In this document: positions 42,001-49,688 of the stretch, piece after piece
How the letters are laid out: the number at the start of each line of letters is the position of its first letter
Position numbering within the stretch: position 1 is the first letter of the stretch
Assembly (NCBI GenBank): GCA_049968235.1
Contig: JBMFRC010000001.1
Location: 1 to 64,000 of the forward strand
Origin: Candidatus Hydrogenedens sp.
Lineage (GTDB): Bacteria > Hydrogenedentota > Hydrogenedentia > Hydrogenedentales > Hydrogenedentaceae
Length of the DNA: 64,000 bases
Direction: 5' to 3'
Translations under genes and position numbers: made by a program
The notes under the pieces: model-generated
Database searches by the model: none
Told to the model about the DNA's origin: nothing
Seen by the model: only the letters and a program-made list of their open reading frames with translations

Positions 42001-42219
42001 TTTGAGTAAATTATAGGCAAATTGAGTAAAGTCGGTAACAATATTTTTTTCTATGGTAGGTTTTGCAATATCATTTAAAAGTTCTATACGCCTTTTCTGA
42101 GCATATTGTCGCGTAGGGACAATGAGTAAAGCAGATATATAATTTTCTCGTAGAATTTTCTGAGTTTGATTCTTACGGTCAGAGCGTTGACTTCCACATA
42201 ATATTAAGTTTCGTGTCAT
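39049..42219 (-). CDS. addB: Helicase/nuclease subunit B (AddB) with C-terminal PD-(D/E)XK nuclease and Fe-S cysteine cluster
   Basis: RIDRIDKH...VIDYKWGN is a nuclease motif. C-terminal CDYCFCKTACRY Cys cluster is typical of the AddB Fe-S staple. Overlaps addA by 47 nt. Confidence 0.75.
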   Translation of the reverse strand: MTRNLILCGSQRSDRKNQTQKILRENYISALLIVPTRQYAQKRRIELLNDIAKPTIEKNIVTDFTQFAYNLLKAQYIPIHLLEEWEQTLLIRSIILSEEGRKKFEQYQGLLAPDNLSDSFHRIIRNLKQAGITPEAFQEQIKKLSVEPWDEVVSWVYTTYQEKLMQSNGYDVPGLFWQAELECHKGKPDYIAGKEYLIFDGFDDFTQSELRLIHALSPHFKHIIIGINLDPIPGRQDIYRLAKDALKRVQSILDAKTIYFETPIPQTSIEFIADTLFGRDEPKTFTPSTDSIIKVERFINREEEIKNIGRKIKQLLVQEHVPLHKIAVVYRQLGKVRPLIEKTFMDYGIPYRILSSQGLRETWVGQFLERWFAQLNENSLSAITLLLHDPLWNISPSIREKFFLLLSQVGLSMSMSLDYVNKKIEEKEHFIEYSSEIENKNISKVDIQQFYDELKRWLFWRNKFKRQDKISNYIFILLDLFHSLENALKDCLLNEDNKRKLQKEKKGYLQFLSVIKKLPDYLKNQELSLEEFQRLIRSLSSDASFFDMGHNCGVMCLDLPMIRNMEYDYLFVGGVEEGTIPLTPTQNVLYSDKDITKLRQSGLPIDDITKQIQREWLFFQQIFETTRKGVFLSHALYSETHRECSSSLLLRECQEVCQYIVHNSPQKQEEIEKKPFIPCSPSELRNLLFYIQEDEQVLKHHYADIYNCWYSLQKREEENENIYTGNLHAEDIRQWLTNKFGHDHVYSVDQIEEYIECPFRFWTHRVLALQDWEEELIYPSPLMIGSWAHDTLFRLLKDHYEELLRDKSQVIKEKLQQIIQEIVSKDRKSFVLPKKWIDLTIEWLTHVLAEFLNSSASLIDNDWKPAYFELAFGRTMYPSEDERSQHKPYCMETQKKSVLFSGRIDRIDKHVSNPLLRVIDYKWGNTPTKTDMGIKFNNVQERFCSFQLIIYELAVERHLFQKEGLSVEESYFLSITEQKKTGTPWGVDKNLRNEIENIAVKIILDTIGNIHQGKFTPAPYKKQSCDYCFCKTACRYMKVEQSGISEDEESGEAKTA

Positions 42220-42245
42220 AATACCCCGTCTCTAATTAATTGGAG

Positions 42246-43190
42246 TTATAGAATCCCTTTAAAGTATTCAATCGTATATTTCAACCCTTCCTTAAGCGGA
42301 ATTTTTGGTTCCCAGTTCAGTTTTTCTTTCGCAAGAGAAATATCTGGTTTTCTTCGACAGGGGTCGTTTTCGGGTAGGGGTTTAAAAATAATTTCCGAAG
42401 ACGAACCTGTCATCTCACAAACTAATTTTGCCAATTCCAGAATAGTAAATTCTCCGGGATTCCCTAAATTTACAGGACCGGTAAACCCTTCACAATCCAT
42501 CATCCGAAGGATACCTTCAATTACATCGCTAATGTAACAAAAAGAGCGTGTTTGAGAACCATCTCCGAAGACAGTTATGGGTTCGTTTCGCAATGCCTGC
42601 ACAATAAAATTACTGACCACCCTTCCATCATTAATCAACATGCGAGGACCGTATGTATTAAAGATTCGTATTACACGAATGTCCACTCCATTTTGACGAT
42701 GATAATCAAAAAACAAAGCCTCCGCCACACGTTTGCCCTCATCATAACAACTACGTTTGCCAATAGGGTTCACATTGCCCCAATAGGTCTCAGGCTGAGG
42801 ATGCACAGTAGGGTCTCCGTAAACTTCTGATGTACTGGCTTGTAAAACGCGCGCCTTCACCCGTTTTGCCATACCCAATACATTTAACGCTCCCATAACA
42901 TTGGTTTTAATCGTTTTTACTGCATTGAATTGATAATGAACTGGTGAAGCCGGACACGCTAAATTAAATATTCGGTCTACTTCAAGAAGGATGGGTTCGG
43001 TTATATCATGGCGAATAATTTCAAATTGTGGATGCCCTATTATGTGCTGAATATTTTGTTTCCTACCTGTAAAAAAATTATCCAGGCAAATAACTTCCTC
43101 CCCGCGTCGCAATAAAGCCTCACACAAATGTGAACCGATAAAACCTGCCCCACCTGTAACTAAATTTACTCGTCTCATATCTTGCTCCAA
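42246..43190 (-). CDS. NAD-dependent UDP-glucuronate decarboxylase / UDP-xylose synthase-like SDR
   Basis: [36 protein letters not shown] closely matches the UXS/ArnA-type extended-SDR N-terminus. 314 aa. Confidence 0.75.
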   Translation of the reverse strand: MEQDMRRVNLVTGGAGFIGSHLCEALLRRGEEVICLDNFFTGRKQNIQHIIGHPQFEIIRHDITEPILLEVDRIFNLACPASPVHYQFNAVKTIKTNVMGALNVLGMAKRVKARVLQASTSEVYGDPTVHPQPETYWGNVNPIGKRSCYDEGKRVAEALFFDYHRQNGVDIRVIRIFNTYGPRMLINDGRVVSNFIVQALRNEPITVFGDGSQTRSFCYISDVIEGILRMMDCEGFTGPVNLGNPGEFTILELAKLVCEMTGSSSEIIFKPLPENDPCRRKPDISLAKEKLNWEPKIPLKEGLKYTIEYFKGIL

Positions 43191-43229
43191 ACAAGTCTGT
43201 TCTTTACTATTATATGATTTTTTCCCCGA

Positions 43230-43739
43230 TTATCCCAATTCCGAATGTATGAATGCTTCCCAATTTATTTTCACCACACCTTTTTTTACCGTTATTGGTT
43301 TGTTATGAAAACAAATTCCTGCACCATGCACCTCCCCGGGAAACAAAACCATAAATTGACCCGGCACATTTTGAATTACATTTATCTTGGATACATCTAC
43401 ATTATAAAACCTAACATCTTTTTTAATATCATACTCGGTTTTCACTTGAGCCATAGATTCAGGAAGCCATCCTATACCTTCTTCCCCTGAAAGTGAGAAT
43501 TGGACATCAATAAATTTCTTATGTGATTCAAAAATCGCTTCCGAAATTTCTTTTGTGGTATAGGACATAACCCGGGCTTTTATATCTTCTTTATAGATAA
43601 ACTCCATATCTGTATCCGGGCTATTTTCTTTTAGTCCCTGAATATAATTCAATACGAAATTTCCTATCTTCCCACGGAAATACCGTTCCCAATTTTCAAA
43701 TCGGTCAACTATCATGATTTTAACACCTCCTCGCAACAA
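43230..43739 (-). CDS. YhcH/YjgK/YiaL (DUF386) family protein
   Basis: FIDVQFSLSGEEGIGW...FMVLFPGEVHGAGICFHNKPITVKKGVVKI parallels E. coli YhcH YLDIQIVLKGQEGMTF...FVVFYPGEVHKP...VRKAVVKM. Probable start MIVDRFENW at 43715. Confidence 0.7.
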   Translation of the reverse strand: MLRGGVKIMIVDRFENWERYFRGKIGNFVLNYIQGLKENSPDTDMEFIYKEDIKARVMSYTTKEISEAIFESHKKFIDVQFSLSGEEGIGWLPESMAQVKTEYDIKKDVRFYNVDVSKINVIQNVPGQFMVLFPGEVHGAGICFHNKPITVKKGVVKINWEAFIHSELG

Positions 43740-44476
43740 GCAGTGCGTATTTTCTTTGCAAAGGACACACCCGGAATATCATAAATTTTTACAGTCCCCC
43801 CTGCAAATTTTATTAAAGCAGAACCACCTGCAATATCCCATAGCATAATTTCATCTTGAATAAAAGCGTCAATCCGACCACAGGCTACATAAGCCAGAGA
43901 TAATGCAGATGTACCTAAAAAACGAACCCTTTTATACTTCTTTAATTCATGGATATATTGCTGAAATTCATTTTCCGTATATGGACGAAACACCGGAAGT
44001 CCTGTGGCAACAATTCCATGCTTCGCCTGATTTATAGGGGAAACCTTGATGGGACTATCATTTAGGAATGCACCATTTTCCTTTGTTCCCGAAAATAATT
44101 CTTGTTTCAGAAAATCATAAACGATACCCAGTAAAAATTCATCATCTTTCATAAGAGCAATTGAGATAGCACACAACGGTATTTTCCTGCTGAAATTCAA
44201 TGTTCCATCCAATGGGTCAATTATCCAGAAAGGCTCATTCATAACATATTCACGAACCCAACCTCGTTCTTCAGATAAAATAGCAAATGGTGTCGATTCC
44301 AGCACATCTATAATTGCAGATTCAGATTCGCGGTCTGCCAGTAACTTTATGTCTCGGTCGTCTTCATAAATAACTTCGCAGGGCTCTCGAAAAAGGTCTG
44401 ATAAAATAATACCTGCTCGATGTACTGCGGTAATACCTAATTCTAAATATTCCTGAACATTCATTATAAACACCAC
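43712..44476 (-). CDS. Inositol monophosphatase family protein (IMPase/CysQ-like)
   Basis: WIIDPLDGTLNF is the IMPase metal-binding motif. 254 aa. Confidence 0.75.
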   Translation of the reverse strand: MVFIMNVQEYLELGITAVHRAGIILSDLFREPCEVIYEDDRDIKLLADRESESAIIDVLESTPFAILSEERGWVREYVMNEPFWIIDPLDGTLNFSRKIPLCAISIALMKDDEFLLGIVYDFLKQELFSGTKENGAFLNDSPIKVSPINQAKHGIVATGLPVFRPYTENEFQQYIHELKKYKRVRFLGTSALSLAYVACGRIDAFIQDEIMLWDIAGGSALIKFAGGTVKIYDIPGVSFAKKIRTACCEEVLKS

Positions 44477-44477
44477 C

Positions 44478-45146
44478 TTAATGGTATAAATTTTTACCCC
44501 GTTTCTGTGCTATAAAAGTACTGATAATATGTGTAATGATACAGAATACATCTTCAACGGGTCCGTATTCATCTTTCGTACTTGCAACAAGAAGTCCATA
44601 ATCACATAACGAAATCATTCTACCTCCGTCACAACCTGCTATACCTATCGTTTTAATTTCATGCTCCTTTGCCCATTCCACTACCTTTATAACATTGGGA
44701 CTATTCCCACTAACAGACATTGCTATTAATAAATCACCTTCCTTAGCAAAAGCACGCAATTGCCCAATAAATATGTTTTCATAACCTTCATCATTTCCTA
44801 ATGCAGTAATTACCGCCTGGTTATCTGATAAATTTATAGCACGAATAGGCGGACAATTTGTAACATAATTTCCTACGACCAAATCATTAACCCAATGAGA
44901 GAGGACTGAAGAACTACCACCGTTACCCGCAAGAAATAGGGTCTTCCCTTCACTGATTTTATTCCACATTACATCGGCTATTTTTGTTAACACATCTTTA
45001 TTTAAATGCGTAAGAATTTGGCACAAACGTTCACAATACCCATTATAGTAATCAGTAAAACTGGGAGATGATTGAAACAAATTTTTCATGAAATACATAT
45101 AAAATACTCCGTAGATTATTGTTAAAAAGATATTTAATTTTAACAT
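44478..45146 (-). CDS. gmhA: SIS-domain phosphoheptose isomerase-like protein (GmhA-like)
   Basis: TLFLAGNGGSSSVLSHWVNDL and LLIAMSVSGNSPNVIKVVEWAKEHEIKTIGIAG parallel E. coli GmhA [20 protein letters not shown] and [32 protein letters not shown]. True start probably the internal MKNLFQ. Confidence 0.7.
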   Translation of the reverse strand: MLKLNIFLTIIYGVFYMYFMKNLFQSSPSFTDYYNGYCERLCQILTHLNKDVLTKIADVMWNKISEGKTLFLAGNGGSSSVLSHWVNDLVVGNYVTNCPPIRAINLSDNQAVITALGNDEGYENIFIGQLRAFAKEGDLLIAMSVSGNSPNVIKVVEWAKEHEIKTIGIAGCDGGRMISLCDYGLLVASTKDEYGPVEDVFCIITHIISTFIAQKRGKNLYH

Positions 45147-45445
45147 GTTAAATCTAAAATACCTACGAATATTGTTATCACATTCCTTAATGCATAAACA
45201 AAAATAAATACAGGAAACAGTATAAGATATGCTAAATACAGGAGCAAATTATCTTTGCCCCGAATATAGCACAAGCATTTATTCCTTCTTTTGCAATTAT
45301 AAGTGGTGCGATTATTTTAATTTATCAGAGTAATACAATTATCCTGCTTTTGATAAATTCAATTTATTAATTAGCACCGGCATTTCTCTCTTTGCTTTTT
45401 ACCACGAATGGTGCGAGATGTAAATAAGCATAAAGTATTTATTAT

Positions 45446-45592
45446 AGCAAATGATTATTCGCCATTACATAGAGATGCACTTGCCATGCAGGCGGGTTTT
45501 TGGAATGTGTTGGTAAAAATCGTTTCTGTCTGGCAGGACTTTCAGCAAGACAATGAGATAATTTTCACCACGGAGGACACGGAGGGACACAT
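45446..45592. repeat. Copy B of the duplicated non-coding element
   Basis: See the feature at 230-345. Reading frames are not conserved between the copies (indels), so it is not protein-coding; ORF 45408-45680 is rejected. Confidence 0.6.
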
Positions 45593-45765
45593 AGATATTT
45601 TTTTCTTATCACAGAAAGCACGGAGAACACAGAGAAGGGAACAGAGAATAGGTATGAGTATGGATATATTTATTCTATGATTTATATTCTCCTTTCCTTT
45701 TTTCTCTGTGTTTCTCTGTATTCTCTGGGGTGGAGTATTTTTTTTCTCACCACAGAGAGCACTAT
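45560..45765. repeat. Degenerate CACGGAG(R)(R)AC / CAGAGAA direct repeats plus an imperfect inverted repeat
   Basis: caccacggaggacacggagggacac at 45567-45591, gcacggagaacacagagaagggaacagagaa at 45625-45650, reverse-complement-like ttttctctgtgtttctctgtattctctg at 45700-45727, and caccacagagagcac at 45749-45763. Confidence 0.5.
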
Positions 45766-45966
45766 CTTTTCTTGTTAATGACTGCATATAATTTGAAGTG
45801 GATATATGAGGAATTAAGGGGGCAAAAGGAGAAGTATGCATAGGTAACCAAAAGATAAAAATACTCACAGAAAATAACAAATAAAATGGGTAAAAGTAGG
45901 GATACAGACTTTTGTATTTTAATTTTTCATCGGGATTTTATCTCATAAAAACATGTATAATTTATA

Positions 45967-46001
45967 CTCTTACCTCTTACCTCTTACCTCTTACCTCTTA
46001 C
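45967..46001. repeat. (CTCTTAC)x5 perfect heptanucleotide tandem repeat next to the cas2 3' end
   Basis: Direct reading: ctcttacctcttacctcttacctcttacctcttac. Confidence 0.9.
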
Positions 46002-46031
46002 AAAAATTGTTCAGAGGTCTCGTGTATTTTT

Positions 46032-46358
46032 TTATACTATAATAAGGTTGGGGTTTGAGATGGGTGTATAGTAGTTTAGTCCGTTTCTGTTGATAATTTT
46101 GATTTTATTTGCATCAGCATGGCAAAGGGGTATGATATGTATAATAAGTTGTCGGTTTTGGTCATTGGGTTGTTCGTTGGAGAGGTAATCACGAATGGTT
46201 TCCTGTAGTTTTTCGATAAGGAGTTCTTTTTCATATTCATCGAGGTCGCCCATGAAAACGGAGAATTGTATGTGCGAAGTTCCTACTTCTTCGAGGAGGT
46301 AGGTTATTTTGTTTCGTAGTTTATCGTTTCCTATGTCGAATAATAGTAGTGTTTGCAT
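46032..46358 (-). CDS. cas2: CRISPR-associated endoribonuclease Cas2 (108 aa, apparently intact ORF)
   Basis: MQTLLLFDIGNDKLRNKITYLLEEVGTSHIQFSVFMGDLDEYEKELLIEKLQETI has the Cas2 N-terminal strand (llv.YDi), helix, vF.c pattern and acidic helix. Sits 13 nt downstream of the cas1 remnant. Confidence 0.6.
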   Translation of the reverse strand: MQTLLLFDIGNDKLRNKITYLLEEVGTSHIQFSVFMGDLDEYEKELLIEKLQETIRDYLSNEQPNDQNRQLIIHIIPLCHADANKIKIINRNGLNYYTPISNPNLIIV

Positions 46359-46371
46359 AGGTTGATTTGTG

Positions 46372-47340
46372 TTATAGGTTGTATTTATTTTGTTGATTTA
46401 GGGTTTGTGTTAGTTTTATGGCTGCGAGCAGGATGTGTTTTTGGTAGTTGGTATTGGGGTCTTTGGGGGTAGGTTCATAGAGGCGTTCTATGTAAAGGGA
46501 GGAGAGTTTTTTTGTGTTTCTTTTTCGAGTAATCCGTTTTTCTGGAGTTGTACATTTATTCCTTGTCGTATGTAAGCGAGTAAGGGTGTATCGATGAGGG
46601 GTTGACGGAAAGGTTCGATAAAGAAGACGAGGGACTGTTTGTTGTTCTGTAGGGTGTGCAGAAACCCTGCATATGGGTCGAGTCCGGCGAGGGTTAAGGC
46701 ACGGAAGCATTCGGAGTAGAGGATGCCGTAACCGTAGTTGAGTGCAGAATTGACGGGGTCTTTCGAATGTCGGTGTGTTCTGTGGGTAAAGTTATAATTG
46801 GCTGGGATAAGTTGTTTGAAATATGACCAGTAGATGGATGAGGCGTGTGCTTCGGTGGACATGATTTGTTGTTTTGCGTGGGATATATTTTCAGTGTTGA
46901 TGGATTTTAATTTTTCGATGAGTGGGTAAATAGTATTGTGAAGTGTATCTTCGATTTGGGCTAAGTATGTTTTGTATCGACACAGGAATTAGAATTGGTT
47001 TTCGATTTTTGTTTGTATGTATTTTTTTGGCAATTTGTATGCCTAAGCCGTTCTGGATGGCTGTGTATTGGTTCCATCGGTTCTGGATATGGGGGTGATT
47101 GTATATAGGCTGGATAAAAGTGATGGAGTTCCCGTAGGGCTTACATACGGTTAAGGCGATGTCTTGCTGGCTTGCGAGTGAAAGTGCTTCAGCGGAGATG
47201 GAAAATCCTTGGGTGAAGATGATGATGTGTGAGAGTTTGCTGGATGGGATTGTTTTAAGGGTTTTGTTTTCGCCGATAATTTTGAACATGTTTTTGTGTC
47301 TACCGACACGGATATTCTTTTCAATAAGGATGAGATGCAT
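46372..47340 (-). pseudogene. cas1: cas1 pseudogene with at least two frameshifts
   Basis: Fragment 47340-46891 (frame 0) is the Cas1 N-terminal domain. Fragment 46862-46488 (frame 2) carries DPVNSALNYGYGILYSECFRALTLAGLDPYAGFLHT...LVFFIEPFRQPLID, the Cas1 catalytic helical core, with the conserved Asp of lv.Dl.EpFR replaced by Phe. The C-terminus returns to frame 0 at 46710-46372. Total is about 323 codons. Confidence 0.7.
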
Positions 47341-47416
47341 GTTAAAGTCCTCCTCTTCATTATTTTTATTACATCTAACCTTAAAAAGTTGTATTATTTG
47401 CTATGTATTTAGTCCC

Positions 47417-48643
47417 AATCAATTTCGAGTTTGAACCAACCCATAGGAAGGGATGCCTTTGTTATTTTTTTTGTGATGTAGTTAATTTATGAGACTTTGG
47501 ATAAGGTATTTGGTCAGAACATCTGTCTCTCTTTGCTTTTCCCCATTTTTTGTCATTTGTATCTCCTTGTGAAAATAGTAATGTTATAGTTTTTGATAAA
47601 GAACCTGTGCCATAACCTAATTGTAAAAATATTTTTTTGCCTCTTTCTATCCTAATATCTTCAGGGATGTCATATTCATTTTTATTTACAGAATTAAAGA
47701 ATTCCAGTTGTTTATCAATTAAAATTTCTGAGTATTTGCGTAAACAATCTTGAAAACTCTGTGTATCGTTAAGAACATTTTTAAGATATTTTATCTATTC
47801 TCCGTTATTATATTTATATTCATCCAACATAAATTTTAATGCTTGTTGGTCTAAATAGAAATCTATAATTATTTCTTTACCTTTAGGAATCAGGCATTCA
47901 GCAAATATATCAAATGGTTTAGTTGAAAATTTGTCTCCATTTTTACTTTTTACTTTTATTTGACATATTCCAAAATTGTCGATAGGAATCTCTTTAGAGT
48001 CTCTGATTACTAAAAATTTAAATAAATCATATTTTGCATCATAATTCGAATTATCTACTTCTAATGTAGTATATTTTTCTATATTTTTATTAAGGAGAAT
48101 ATTATTAATATTATTTGACTCTTTAATTAAACAATTAGTGACTGCATTTCTTATACATCCCTTTATACTTGAACCTGGAATAAAAAATTTCCCAAATGGG
48201 TATTTTATAAAGGAAAGGATTGGAGGAAGAGAAGTAGATTCTTGACATATAGATTTTGACTGAGAATTTTGGGATTGTTTTTTCTCAACTTGTTTCTGTA
48301 TTTTTCTTAGTTCTGGAGGAAGTGCTGTATGTTTAGGCGATATGGACCTTGATTGTTTATTTGTTTTTTCTCCTCTTGTTCCAAAATCAGCATATATAGG
48401 AAGAGAATAGCGAATATATTCAGGGTCGGGACGAAAGGAGGGTTCTTCAATAATCTTTAAATCAGTTTCATAATCTTCGCAATTATCCTGAAAATATTTC
48501 ATGACATCTTTTAGACAGAATAATAGCTGTTTCTCGTCAATGTCAATGTAATATTCAAAATTCTGATATTCTTCGCCATCTGATATATGGATGGGAGTGA
48601 TAGGTGTTAGTTTGAATTTGCCATGTTTCTTTTTATCGTTCAT
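47417..48643 (-). pseudogene. csm5: csm5 (type III-A Cas7-family RAMP) interrupted by an in-frame TAG at 47795-47797
   Basis: N-terminus KFKLTPITPIHISDGEEY and G-rich loop FFIPGSSIKGCIRN are colinear with S. thermophilus Csm5 (TFKLSLLTLAPIHIGNGEKY ... PYIPGSSLKGAIRT), as are LFKFLVIRDSKEIPIDN and LFNAIRVSDSKPFDN. After the TAG the frame continues ...IFLQLGYGTGSLSKTI... (matching Csm5 YLGAGSGAWTKTL) to a stop at 47417, about 409 codons in total. Confidence 0.7.
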
Positions 48644-48656
48644 TGTTTTTCTCCTT

Positions 48657-49595
48657 TTAAGGATGTTTGAAATAGATATTGAATGCGAGACCGGAACGCC
48701 AGATAGGATGAGGTGATGAGTCGTAACTGATGGCGATTACATCCCCCTTAGGCATTTCTTTGATAACAGGGAATTTACTTCCTTCTATACACATACGAAC
48801 AGATTGTTTGGGTTCATCATACCCGGCAATGCCATGTATCCACCCACCTCGCATAGTGCATTCATAAGATGCGATATTGGTGAGAATACCATTTTCAAAT
48901 TCTTCCAAAGTAGGATGATAAAGACTGAGTATTGCGGGACTGAGTATTGCGGTAGCTTTTGGTGGACTTTCCTGCCCACTTATTTTGAGCGTATCATTTT
49001 CTTCAATAATATATTTTGATTCGAAAGGTTCAATTTTTTTATAGTAAAATGTCCGAAACCTAAACTGCGTTCACCACCAATACCCAGTTTACCCAAAGCG
49101 GATAGAAAATTGACAAATGATTCTTTTTTCTCTTCTTCTAATTTAACAAAAAACCACAATCCGACATCTTCTTCGCTATTTATCTCATAAAAATTTTGAG
49201 GGTAGGCTGTAGTTTGATTAGTAACCCGGTCAATGACGGTGGAAATTTTATAATTTTCTTTAACGGTTTTTTTGGAGGGGAAACCTTCTTTATTATTTAT
49301 CAGGTCATTCATTTCTTCATTCAGGAGAAAAGTTGTTCCTGGATTCTCTTCATCACCGTCTAAATAGGGATAATCTTCTTTTTTTTGGGAAAAGTTCTTT
49401 TAATATTTGCTGGGTTTCTTCTGCTTTTTGGAATATTGATGAAGTGGTTAGAAGAATGACATTATCAAAATCACCAATGTTAACAGAAGAAATAATCGGC
49501 CCCTATTGTGTTCCACCGGTGGGTGCTTCATCTACTCTCCCGTAAGGGTCATTTGTTCCTACAAAACTTAACAGTAGAGAAGATTTCCTCCCCAT
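48657..49595 (-). pseudogene. csm4: csm4-like (Cas5-family RAMP) pseudogene with an in-frame TAG (49503-49505) and two homopolymer-associated frameshifts
   Basis: Three frame segments: 49595-49380 (MGRKSSLLLSFVGTNDPYGRVDEAPTGGTQ*GPIISSVNIGDFDNVILLTT...), a shift at the A8/T8 run 49379-49386, then 49378-49060 (...FVNFLSALGKLGIGGERSLGFGHFTI, resembling the Csm4 G-rich loop LQYSGLGGKRSSGFGRFEL), a shift at the T-run 49034-49041, then 49070-48657 (..LEEFENGILTNIASYECTMRGGW...). About 313 codons. Sits directly upstream of csm5, as csm4 does in III-A operons. Confidence 0.5.
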
Positions 49596-49688
49596 ACTAT
49601 TCGGTCCTTTTTTATATTTAACTTTTAACTAATTTTGAATATACAATATAAAGAGTGTTTAAATCAAATTAAAGCAAGTAGGTTATTT

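Noticed and set aside
230-45592. attL/attR direct repeats flanking a 45 kb island
   Set aside because: The copies are about 100 nt at about 75% identity with indels, not short exact att cores. There is no integrase and no tRNA at either end, and the intervening genes are housekeeping.
45408-45680. 90-aa ORF on the + strand
   Set aside because: It overlaps the duplicated non-coding element. The two copies differ by indels that break the frame, so the conservation is at nucleotide level, not protein level.
45560-45765. Possible CRISPR array
   Set aside because: The repeats are only 9-12 nt, degenerate, and separated by about 15 nt. There are no 2 or more identical 25-40 nt repeats with spacer-length gaps. 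Reported as degenerate repeats instead.
46372-46710. 112-aa ORF (minus strand) listed as a separate protein
   Set aside because: It is the frame-0 tail of the frameshifted cas1 remnant. Most of it overlaps the frame-2 Cas1 core, and only its last about 40 codons are plausibly Cas1 C-terminus.
48785-48979. 64-aa ORF within the csm4 remnant
   Set aside because: It is an out-of-frame read-through inside the decayed csm4 region; the 15-nt tandem duplication gggactgagtattgc x2 at 48927-48956 lies here. No protein signal.
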